A DNA stretch of 64,000 nt from Octopus sinensis (Eukaryota), in contig NC_043010.1 in assembly GCF_006345805.1 (NCBI RefSeq), forward strand, positions 59,954,001 through 60,018,000. Reading direction: 5' to 3'. Made by a program: the position numbers and the translations under genes. The notes under the pieces are model-generated. The model saw only the letters and a program-made list of their open reading frames with translations. It was not told where the DNA came from and did not search any database. Position 1 is the first letter of the stretch, and every line of letters starts with the position of its first letter. Below are positions 12,901-24,085 of the stretch, piece after piece.

Positions 12901-13249
12901 ACATGAATTCAATCAGTATGTAAGAGATAACATCGATGCCAAGTTTATTCACTTCTTGAAAATGATATTGTGAAGGTCTGCAAAGGTGGAATTTTAATTT
13001 AAGAACATTTTTGTTCCAACTTGCTACAAAAAAAAACTAATGAGAAAATTCAAAAAGTTTGAAACAAAAAAGAAAAAATTTGGACACAGTTGTATATTAA
13101 TGCCAATATATATATATATATATATATATACATTGGTGTTAGAAAGGGCATCCAGCTGGAGAAGCCATGCTAAATCAGACTGGAGTCTGGCAGTCCAGTG
13201 CAGCCTTCCAGCTTGCCATTCCTGGTCGAATCATCCAATCCATGCCAGC

Positions 13250-14560
13250 ATTAGAGGTGATCCAGTATCAAATGATGAAAGGTTAGAGTGTAACAAAGAA
13301 ATAGAGAGGCAGAAATAAGGGTCTTGCTGTAGAAGAGGTACATGGTTACCCAGTGAAAGAGAGAGAATAGGAAACAGCAAAAGTGTAAGAGGCAGCAGAT
13401 GAGAGATGGTGTAGTGCTAGGGTATATTCACAAGTAATAAGAATATGAGTGTAGAACCTGGTAAGAAAAATAGGGTGTGAGTGTGGGTGTTGGGGGTGTG
13501 AGGAGCAGTGATACAGTGAGCAGGGCAGTAAGAGTAAGAAAGGGGATTAAAAAACAATCATAATTTATGAAGAGGAAATGTGAGGAAGAGAAAGATGCAG
13601 TTTGCCAGCCAGAATGAGAATCTTATCTCCTTTCTCACTAACAACTTTAGACTTAGCTAAATTAACTTTAAGGCCCTTTGATTTGGGGTTTCACTTCTGC
13701 AATTCTGCTTCAGATTCTGCAATAAAAGCAAGATCATCAGCATATAGTAGTTCCCATGGGCATCCAGTTTTGAATTCATCTGTTATGGCCTGGAGAACTA
13801 TGATGAATAAGAGTGGACTAAGGACTAATCCCTGGTGTACTCCAACTTGTATATTAAATTCATCACTGTATTCAAGGCCAACTCTCACCTTCCTGACAAC
13901 ATCACTGTACATTGAGTGTACAGTGATGTTGTAGAGGAGTGGCTTGTTAAGGCAGTTCATGCCCTAACAAGCCATTCCTCTACTCCTAGCTGCCTTAGAG
14001 ACCACCAAATAAGAGAGCAGGGAATCCTGTTGAAAGCTTTCTCCAGGTTGACGAAGGTTAAGTACATTGGCTTACTTTTGGCCAAATACTTTTCTTACTA
14101 TGAAGATGGCATCTGTGGTAGTTGTCACAGGAGCCAAACCAAACTGCATCTCACCTAGTTTAATTATATCCCTAATTAGTTGAGATACAACTCTCTCTCT
14201 AATTTTAATGACCTGATCCAGCAGTTCGGTACCTTTGTAGTTGTTTCTAAGGCAATACCTTTATACTTGTAGCAGCTGACCATAATACTGCCACACCAGT
14301 CTTTGGGGATGACGACTCCCTGAATAACCTGATTGACTATGCGAGTGACTAGGCTGTATCTCACACTACCTGATATTTTAGTCATCTTAGCAGGGATACC
14401 TGATGATCAAGGGAATTTCCCGGTCTTCATTTTCTTAATTGCCTTATCAATCATAGTGATATCCCTTCTGATGGCTGGTCCCTCATTTGGTTCAATAGTT
14501 GAAAGAATTTCCTTTCCCCAAGCATTCTCTATATTTAACAACCTTTCATAATGGCATAAC
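13250..14560 (-). mobile_element. RTE-clade LINE, 5'-truncated and internally deleted (RT plus pyrimidine-rich 3' UTR)
   Basis: ORF 13691-13960: VRVGLEYSDEFNIQVGVHQGLVLSPLLFIIVLQAITDEFKTGCPWELLYADDLAFIAE. Upstream IPKDWCGSIMVSCYKYKG. Confidence 0.9.
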
Positions 14561-14643
14561 TATATCTATATATGAATATATATATATATGTATCATCATC
14601 ATCATCACAGTTTAACATCTACCTCCCATGCTAGCATGGGTGG

Positions 14644-14678
<35 letters not shown>

Positions 14679-14680
<2 letters not shown>

Positions 14681-15105
14681 CGCAGGAGTGGCTGTGTGGT
14701 AAGTAGTTTGCTAACCAACCACATGGTTCCGGGTTCAGTCCCACTGCGTAGCATCTTGGGCAAGTGTCTTCTGCTATATCCCCGGGCCGACCAATGCCTT
14801 GTGAGTAGATTTGGTAGATGGAAACTGAAAGAAGCCTGTCGTATATATATGTATATATATATGTATGTGTGTGTGTATATGTTTGTGTGTCTGTGTTTGT
14901 CCCCCTAGCATTGCTTGACAGCCGATGCTGGTGTGTTCATGTCCCCGTCACTTAGCGGTTCGGCAAAAGAAACCGATAGAATAAGTACTGGGCTTACAAA
15001 GAATAAGTCCCGGGGTTGATTTGCTCGACTAAAGGCGGTGCTCCAGCATGGCTGCAGTCAAATGACTGAAACAAGTAAAAGAGAAAAGAGAAAAGAGTAA
15101 AAGAG
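14679..15105 (+). mobile_element. Full-length tRNA-derived SINE
   Basis: A-box TGGCTGTGTGG, B-box GGTTCAGTCC, internal (TG)/(TA) tract and an AAAAGAG-repeat tail. Homologous pieces occur at ~44770-45010, 47210-47556, 51770-51890 and 53880-54030. Confidence 0.9.
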
Positions 15106-15449
15106 TATATATATATATATATTGGTAAAAACGGTAAGATAACAAAAGAAAGAAAGAGACCTCAATATTATGTAAATATATATATATATATATATACAAC
15201 TTGAACTGACACATATCATTACACAAACATACGTTCACATATACATACACATGTACATACACACACACACGTCTACACACTCTCCTAAATACTCACATAC
15301 ATACGTAAGTACATAGGTGCGTATAGGCATGCACACATGCATGTGCACATACATGTACACACATACACACATACATACATGCATGCATACATACACACAC
15401 ACACACATATCATGAACTAACTGTTACTTTCTCAGATGCAGCACGAAGC

Positions 15450-15500
15450 TTTGTCAGTGAACAGGTTGCGGTCTCAAAGCGACGAAAATATTTTGACAAA
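15450..15500 (+). ncRNA. Variant minimal type I hammerhead ribozyme, G3:C8 core (family A)
   Basis: TTTGTCA GTGAACA G GTTGC-GGTCTCAAA-GCGAC GAAAATATT T TGACAAA: 7-bp stem I, 5-bp stem II, GAAA, palindromic AATATT stem III. Confidence 0.7.
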
Positions 15501-15576
15501 TTAGATTTAAATGTTGAAGTGAATCTAACGGTTTTGTGTGTTTCTTAAATGGCTTATAAACACCTTCCATGCTGCA

Positions 15577-15641
<65 letters not shown>

Positions 15642-16100
15642 GGAAAACGTCAAGGTAGAAAATGCTAAAATAAATTTATAAAAAAAACATTTCAGTACTG
15701 GTTTTAGTATGGCTGCAGTCAAATGACTGAAACAATAAAAGAGAAAAGGAAAAGAGTAATGATTATATATATATATTGGTAAAAACGGATAAAGGCATAA
15801 CAAAGAAATAAATATACCTCAATATTTGTAAATATATATATATATATATACACTTGAACTGACACATATCATTACACACCATCTTCACTATACATCACAT
15901 GTACATACACACACACACGTCTACACACTCTCCTAAATACTCACATACATACGTAAGTACATAGGTGCGTATAGGCATGCACAATGCATGTGCACATACA
16001 TGTACACATACATACATACACACATACATACATGCATGCATACATACCCACACACACCTATCATGAACTAACTGTTATTCTTTCTCATGCAGCACGAAGC

Positions 16101-16150
16101 TTTGTCAGTGAACAGGTTGCGGTCTCAAAGCGACGAAAATATTTGACAAA
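16101..16150 (+). ncRNA. Duplicate of the family A hammerhead, one T shorter at stem III/cleavage site
   Basis: Identical to 15450-15500 except GAAAATATTTGAC instead of GAAAATATTTTGAC. Confidence 0.55.
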
Positions 16151-16229
16151 TTAGATTTAATGTTGAAGTGAATCTAACGGTTTTGTGTGTTTCTTAAATG
16201 GCTTATAAACACCTTCCATGCTGCAATTG

Positions 16230-16279
<50 letters not shown>

Positions 16280-16282
16280 TAT

Positions 16283-16592
16283 ATGGGGAAAACGTCAAGG
16301 TAGAAAATGCTAAAATAAATTTATAAAAAAACATTTCAGTACTGGTTTTAGTCATTGAGACTTCTTCAACTGTAAGCATGGAAAATTAATTAAATTTGGG
16401 AAAAATTAAAAGAAAATTTTTTTAAAAGAATATTTGCATAGTATTCAAATACACGGGGCATTTTTCTTGTTTCTGCCGGTCTCCATCTCTCTTGTGGGTT
16501 CAAGGTCATTGTGAAGTCTCAATGACTGAAACCGGTACAGAAACGTTTTTTATAAAATTGTTTTAGCATTTTCTACCTTGACTTTTTTCCAT
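16283..16592. mobile_element. Inverted-repeat cassette (arms 16283-16364 and 16513-16592) between (TA)n runs, carrying hammerhead family C
   Basis: The ~80-bp arms are reverse complements with scattered mismatches. TA runs lie on both sides. Confidence 0.75.
16334..16375 (-). ncRNA. Minimal type I hammerhead relic (family C)
   Basis: TTACAG TTGAAGA AGTC-TCAAT-GACT AAAA CCAGT A CTGAAA. The opposite arm (16515-16543, +) retains GAAA and the perfect palindrome ACCGGT but lacks the CUGANGA strand. Confidence 0.6.
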
Positions 16593-16624
16593 ATATATTT
16601 ATATATATATATATATATCAGAAT

Positions 16625-17147
16625 CAAGTTAAAATAATTGTCATTATCTATAATTCCTTTATTATAACAAATTTGACTTACAGATGTTTCCAGTAATCAT
16701 TATAGACAGGTTTACTCAATTGGTCTGTTGATCAATTGAGGTAAGATGAAAGACCTAAGAAAATTAAGAATATCTTCGTCAGAGCCATTGCTGGAAATAA
16801 CAAAGAGAGAGAGAGAGCACTTGAAGAATGGCCATTGTATGGAGAAAATAGGGGAAGATTGGAATGTTTAAGTAGAAGAGGTAAAGGCAGGTTGCAGTGG
16901 GGGTGGTAGCAATTGAGTAAGTGGTACACAGTAGAAGCAGCAGCAGTAGTAGTAGGAGTATTGCATTGCCAAATCTGGGAGAGGGACAGTCACAAACATT
17001 ACCAAATTGGCATTGAATATAGGTCAGATATTCTCCAACGAATATCCAACTGAGTAAACCTGTCTATAATGATTACTGGAAACAGCTGTAAGCCAAACTG
17101 GCTTTAATCAAGGAATTATTAAATGTAAAGACCATTATTTTAACTTG
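16625..17147. repeat. Second inverted-repeat cassette (arms 16625-16723 and 17046-17147)
   Basis: The inner 47 nt of the arms match at 45/47 positions (CTTACAGATGTTTCCAGTAATCATTATAGACAGGTTTACTCAATTGG). Spacer ~320 bp. Confidence 0.8.
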
Positions 17148-18584
17148 TCTTTTAGATATCACTCTGTAAAAACCAGTTTACTTGAAGCCCATCCATGGGA
17201 TTTAGCATTTTGTGTTGTAGTGGGCCTCTGACATGAGCCACAAGCAGCAATTGAGAAAGTCACTAATTTATGTTGTTATGTATGGCTGGTCTGTTTGGGA
17301 GTATGATTTTTGTGGCCAGACATCCTTCCTTTCACCAACTATATTACAACATGGACTGGGTATATCTTAATTGTGCCACCAGCACAAGGGAGGTCGTCAT
17401 CAGAAAGAAGGGTCCTATCTATTCCCTGCCAGTTTTTATTCAAACTTACTCTAGATTACACCATCCATGTCTTTACAATCATTTTTTTTTTATGGCATGG
17501 TTTTTACAGGTGGATATCTCTCTTAATGCCAACCACTTTACAGCAAGGACTGGCTGCTTTTTATCATGCCACTAAAGAGGTTGTACACGACAAGATTAAT
17601 ACATCTCATCTACCTTGTTTCAGTTAATATTCAGAGCTTCTGCTTTCCTGGATGGATCCCATTGGCTGAAGCTTGCAGAGTCGACATCTCTGCTGTGTAA
17701 TTAGGTTAAAAAACCTTTTTCAAAATGTGCTAGGTTTGTTCAGAATATCCAAAGTCCCAGATGGGTCACCTTCATTATAGTTGAATTGTTTCATCTCTCC
17801 ATAATGTTGGGTGTAGGTCACCTACCAAATGGAATTCACAATGTAAGTCAAAGAATATGTTATAGGAGTGTGTAAGTTACATTATGGTGGTCTAATGGCA
17901 CTAAGTCACCTTCACTGTAGCTGAAAGTTTCCATAACACCATGGGGAGTTACCAAGAGAGCTCATAACGGTAACCAGGTTTTAAGATCATTATTGCTATG
18001 TAGGATGAAAAAGGAGCTTAATGAGTTAGTCTGAGAAAGCTGAGAATGAAGGTGCTTCTATGATTTTGGAAGAGGTGTTGTTGAACACGATTAATGGTGA
18101 ATGGATCTTGGTTGTCAATAATTTTCTAGTCTACTCAGAAGAAAGAAAGTATTTCTTATCTTCTCTTCATTTGATTAAAATATATCTTCTAAATGTCCAT
18201 GGTGAGGCAAAGAAATGGCTGTTTGCTCTAAGTAGCTGTTTGGTACCAGACTGGGGATAAATCTGTCCCTCCCAGCCAAAATCTTTTAACAAGTACTTCA
18301 GCAACTGTCAATGATTTCTAACACATACAACATGACTCTTATTAGTCTTGTCATCACAAATAGTTGTTAAGTGGTTGATATTTTGCTATTTAGTTTACAT
18401 TTATTAATATGAAATAAACAGTTTGTCAGTGCCATGCATTAAATTCCACTCCATGAAATACAAGAGATGACAATGGCCAAAGTGATTAAGTGATGACCTC
18501 TCTTTTAAGACAGGGAGTGGACGACATCAATAATACACTATTCTGCCCTAAAAAAAAATATTCAAATTAATCTTTTTCTCTAAT

Positions 18585-18620
<36 letters not shown>

Positions 18621-18628
18621 GGAGTCAG

Positions 18629-18696
<68 letters not shown>

Positions 18697-19888
18697 ACAC
18701 TAATCTAACTGGAAAATGGTCTGCAGATTTTCAGTGCAACAAGGATATTGTTTCGCATAGAAAACATTGAAGCCTAAGGAAGCTGTTGTGATCGGCAGAG
18801 AATGAGTGGGGACCCATCATGTCCAGAAATATCACTGACTTTCTGGTGACAGATTAAAAACTGTCATTTAGGAATTACATAACAATGCCGATGAGAAATG
18901 AGAAACTGTGTTTCATTTTGCTCTTGAAGCAAGAAATAAACCTTTCATATTGCAACTTACTGGCAATTAGTGTATGACAACACACTTTGACTAATAACTG
19001 CATACGCAATTAATAATGTGTACACCTCTATGTTTTATTATTAATTCTATTCCTGCACCTGAAGAAGCCATAGTATCTCAAGAATGTGTTAGCTACCAAT
19101 ATTGACTCAATGAAATATTTTCCTAATGCTTCCACATCACTAATTTACATCAAGCTGACTAAGTTCTCTAGCAAAACTGGGAGGAAATCCCACAGCTAAA
19201 CTATGTCTGCCAATCTTAAGCCAGGGATCTAAGTATTGAATTATTGACATGAAAGCTTGGTCGGCTTCCTCAGCCCACTTCAATGTCATTTGACACATCG
19301 TAGAGCACAGAGTTTACTATTCACTTGTAGTTTCTTTCATTCTAAATCTAATGTTCCACTGACATCTCAACACGTCTCTGGGATGGTAAAAACTCCTTTC
19401 ACTGTCACGCCCCTCTCCTCCACCTACAAAATAGCAAAGTAGAAATTACTCCTTACTTTCCTTCTGTTTTTCTTTCTTCCTCCCACCTCTCTCTCTCTCT
19501 CTGTTACTCCACTTTTCCTTTCTTTATCTACTCTTCTCTCTGTCTTTTTGCCTTTCTTCACCTCACCCCCACTGCTCTCAGACTCTTTCGCTTTCTCTCA
19601 ACAATTGGTTTATGAAACAACTGTTTTCTCTTGTAATGCAGAAAATTCAATATTTTCAATTATTGGAAAGAAAATATAAACATTTTAAATAGCTGTAAAC
19701 TTCCTGGCAACAATAGACTGAAGGAAACTACAGCTTTACATAACATTTTTATTCTCTTCCAACTGCAGTAGATTAAAGATTATTTCATAAGCAACAGCAG
19801 ACTCTGAATCATATATTAACAATTTCTAAAGTTTTCTACCCTGGAAACCATTTTACTTCCCTTTTTTGTGTGTGTTTATGTCTGAGAA

Positions 19889-19920
<32 letters not shown>

Positions 19921-20804
19921 TGTGCTGACATACACACACTCACTGGTTATTATAAAGGTGCTGGTTCTCACTCAATTACTGTTTCAATAATCTATACGAG
20001 ACAATTTACTGCATCAGAAGAATACTCAGTCTATTCATTCTTGTAATGTTTATTCTCTGTTAATCTCTCTGACAACTCTTGTCTACTTGCTTGTCACACT
20101 AGTTTCACCAACTTTTTCTGATCAAGACTTCCTTCTTGGTGCTTTTAGACTCCAGCATTAACAATAACCTTTACAAGTCCAATTTACTAATTAAGAAGAG
20201 AATTTAAAGAGGAGTGTTAAGTAAACAGTTTGGAAGGTGTTAAAGGTAATATGTCAATAAATCAACACATCGCTGGTAAAAAGTATGTTTCTATTTGACT
20301 ATTTGACCTGCAAGAAATAACAGCTAAATCTCTTCTACTGAGTTTGAAAAGGATATCTTAGATAATATAGTGACAGACACCACCTTTGAACAATGCCATA
20401 GCTGGAATGCTGTTGATCATAGTTCTGCTTGATAAGAAATTGACCTGAGGTTAAGCAACAATAAGAACAATCAATTCATTTGGGGTCAGGTGTATTTTCT
20501 TTGATCTCAGCTCACTTTCACAGGTCTCAAACAGAACTTGCTGATTTCATATTAATTCTGCATTGATAAGCATGGTTTATGTATGCTGAAGTTCCTAAAG
20601 ATAACCAACAGTGAATTCCATAAATTATTTGATAATAAACAAGAAATGTTATCTGAAATTATTTGCCTTCATTGAATTATCTTATTTTGATTTCAGTTTT
20701 AAACACTAACCCTATGAACACCTCTCAAACCTTTAGATTGTTATATAACCTACTAGAAATAGCAGTCATATCTTCGAATTGCTCTCTACATTCCTTTAAA
20801 ATTG

Positions 20805-21030
20805 GACGCATGCCAGTACCGCCTGACTGGCTCCTGTGCCGGTGGCACATAAGAAGCATTCACTACACTCTCAGAGCGATTGGTGTTAGGAAGGACATCC
20901 AACGGTAGAAACCTTGCCAGATCAGATTGGAGCCTGGTGCCGCCTTCTGGCTTGCCAGTCCTTAGTCAAATCATCCAACCCATGCCAGCATGGAAAGCAG
21001 ACATTAAACAACAATGATGACGACGACATG
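20805..21030 (+). mobile_element. RTE-type 3' tail element ending in (GAT)n
   Basis: GTTAGGAAGGACATCCA...CCAACCCATGCCAGCATGGAAAGCAGAC. The same tail occurs at ~13140, 17310(-), 46240, 50510(-), 51480(-), 58115(-) and 60020. Confidence 0.8.
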
Positions 21031-21249
21031 ATAAGGTAGACTTGGACTCTATGTCTGAAAAGAAAAATGAGATGGTCTAGGCTTTGATCATTGGACTGCT
21101 CAATCAAGCCTTACCTTGGGTTAAACAACAACTGCAACACATTCAAATCAAGCATCATTCAACCCCATAAAATAACTTTTCTTGGTTCTGATAATTTTTT
21201 TTACTAAATACATTTCTTGTGGCTGTTTATGTAAGAAATATGGCATTTG

Positions 21250-21780
21250 TGATTCCACACTTTTAGAATTAAAGATCTTCTCATGCCTGTTCTTTACTTG
21301 AACCCTGGTCCTGCCAGACTAGTCATTTCAATAACATTTTTATGAGCTATTCATTCCAATTTTATTTAATCCAGTCTTTATGTCTTTTGGTTTACTATAC
21401 ATGAAGGTTGTATTGTAGTTTTTCTTTAACAACTGACTCACAACCAGATGTTGTTGTTACTTCCATTGTGACCAAACTCCTTTTGGGTAATCTTCTTACT
21501 CCTTATGAAATCTTACTTTTTCTCAATAATATCCATGCCAGTATAGATTTTTTTCCAATAATATCTTGATTTCTTGACATATTATCATTAACAAACCTCA
21601 CCCTGTTTACCCCTTTCATCAGATTACTTGTCCCTTTTAAATTCTCATCTAAAGTAATAATTCTAACATCTAACTTTTCTCTTGACTTTTAGATAAAACT
21701 TTCATTCATTGATATTCTTCCAAATCTTTCAAGTTTCCGTTTTAATAAACCAGAGATATTGATTTGTTGTACAGGCATAA
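21250..21780 (-). mobile_element. Heavily decayed RTE C-terminal fragment
   Basis: Residual ISLVY*NGNLKDLE and NLYWHG motifs are in the expected order, with many stops. Confidence 0.4.
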
Positions 21781-23059
21781 AACAACACATTTTATAGGAG
21801 GCTTTTGTTGATTAAACTAAACCCCAATACTTCCCTGGTATTTTATTTTATCAAACCTGGTAAGATAAAAGGCAAAGTTGACCTCAGTAGGATTTGAACT
21901 CAGAAAACAGAGGGTTGCAACTAATTAGCAGAAAGCATATGGCCTTGCAGTTTAATGATTTCTACCAGTTAATAAAGTCTAATAACAATGTTGTCAGTAT
22001 TTGAAGAATAATTTTTTGATGGTTTATAACATATAAGCTAAAATAAAATTTCAAAAACTCAAAATTCTAAATGTTGAAAGAAAAAAAAATCATCTGAAAA
22101 TTAGTATAAAACCATTTATTAAACTGAAAACCTAGGAACATTATATACAGAGTACCAGTATTAAACAATGGCTCTAAATGACTTGCTTCTGAAATCAATT
22201 GTGTATTAAGTAATCATTTTTTTTCTTCTGTAAAATAAGATTAAATATGCAAAATGGATTGAATCTTTTAACATTATTCTCTGCAAAACATTCTGTCTTT
22301 GATTAATTATGCTGTCTTTGTAGTAGTCCTAATATATCTTGATATTATTTAGTATTCAACATGGCTTGCTATTATTTAACATTCTTGATTGGTCAAAGAA
22401 TTTTGTTTTCAGTATCATTATCATCAGAAAAAGAGAGGAGAAGAATCTCATTTCCATATATGGAGTCTGTTTGTTTTTCTTAAGAAACACTATTAGATCG
22501 TTAATGGCTTTCATGCAATGGCAGACAGGATCAAAGACAGTTTCTTTTCAAGTACAATAGGCTGTGATCACCTGCAGAGAATAAAGTATATACCTGATGT
22601 ATAACTAAAATTAGAAGTCAGTGTGATTCTACTCTTGTCATAAGGTAGATAGATGCTTATCAAATCACTAGTTTTGTTCTAGCCATGACACCTAACTATT
22701 AACATTCTGACAATAATGTTTTCTATGGTTGGCTTCTTTAATCATTGTTTAGATACAGAGATGCAGTTCTTATATTGAAAAGCAATGCTGCATAAATCAC
22801 TGAGAATTTTGCTCAGTTCGATGAATCTAAAATTGTATTCACACTTACCCTAATTCTTTCTCTTTTTTTTCTTCAGACATTCACTACTAACTTTAAATAC
22901 ATTTCTAGATACACCAGAGAGGTATAACACTATAAACCAATTATGTCTAAATACATATAGCTGAACAGTTTACACATACATACTGTATGTATATGTGTGT
23001 GTGTGTGTGTATAGAGGTATTCTGTGTGTTAAAATAGATATGATTTCTACTTTGTTTTC

Positions 23060-23780
23060 TTAAATTGGCTAATATCATCTCTCTCCACCAGCTTAACCAT
23101 TTGTTCCTCTAGCAGGAATCTACCACCATAACATCTCTCTGCCATTAGTACTCCACCATATTAACCTCTTTCCACCATCTTAAACTCTACCTTCCAACAA
23201 TAGTTCACTATGTTACCCTCTCTTTCAGTAAGGGTCCACAACCTAATTTCTATCCCAAAACATTTGGCCATCACTTTAATCTCCCTCCCCAGTAGGAGTC
23301 CAACATTTATGTCTTCCTCCTCACAGCACTGATCCACCAACTTCTCTCTGCCCAGTATTTATCCATCACCTTAAACACTATCCTACGGTAATGGTCCATT
23401 ATCATAACCTTTCTCCTTTAGTTGTAATCCATCACATTAATTTATTCCCAGAACCAGTCCACTCCCTTAATCTCTCTCTTTCTCTCTCCCTCAATAGCCC
23501 TTTACTTGTTCCCTTAGCAAAATCCATCACCTCAACATCTCTCCCCTACCAGTGATAGTCTACCTTTATTTCTCTCTTTCAGCATTGGTCCATCAGCAGC
23601 CCACCACTTTAACCTTTCTCCCTCTCAAGAATGATCCATCCCATATTTCTTCACCACTTTAACTTCTCTCTCTACCAAAGGGGGTCCACTTTGTCTCTCC
23701 TCCAGCAGTAGTCCACCACTTTGGTCTCTATCCTACAATAATGATCCATGTCCTTAATAACTCTTTCTTACTAGTGGTTC
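23060..23780. repeat. Old degenerate C/T-rich minisatellite, period roughly 31-33 bp
   Basis: Recurrent TCCACCAC/TCCATCAC-TTTAAC-CTCTCTC-CAG(T/C)A motif about 20 times. Confidence 0.6.
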
Positions 23781-23789
23781 AGTACAAAT

Positions 23790-24085
23790 TCTCAGCCATG
23801 ATGAAAGCTTTCGGAATGAAACACAAACCAGATTACATTTTCAGGCAGCAATATTTACATAATCTCTGCACAAAATTACTTTCAAGTTTTCTAAAGATTG
23901 ATTTGTGTTTAACCACAGAAGTACAGTGAACCGGTTGAAGTAACATCTTATGGTGAACTCCGGGAACTAGAAAATTACAAGAGTGACACTCTAGTAACCT
24001 ACAAGGACACTGGCCGAAGTTGGATAGATAGAGATATTGGATATTATGAAGAAATACCAGCATTGTCAGGTAGTGTAATTCCATT
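23790..24085 (-). mobile_element. Possible CR1/L2-like RT relic
   Basis: NIQYLYLSNFGQC...FLVPGVHHKMLLQP...KLESNFV loosely parallels WIxSYLSNRxQ...VTSGVPQGSxLGP...FADD. Confidence 0.35.

Larger units (their letters stand above)
15048..16352. repeat. Direct tandem duplication (15048-15708 and 15709-16352)
   Basis: Both units start ATGGCTGCAGTCAAATGACTG and end CATTTCAGTACTGGTTTTAGT. They are collinear throughout and differ largely by short indels. Confidence 0.9.

Noticed and set aside
14679-14760. tRNA-like heads here and at 29380-29450
   Set aside because: A and B boxes run directly into SINE bodies, and no complete cloverleaf with an acceptor stem is visible.
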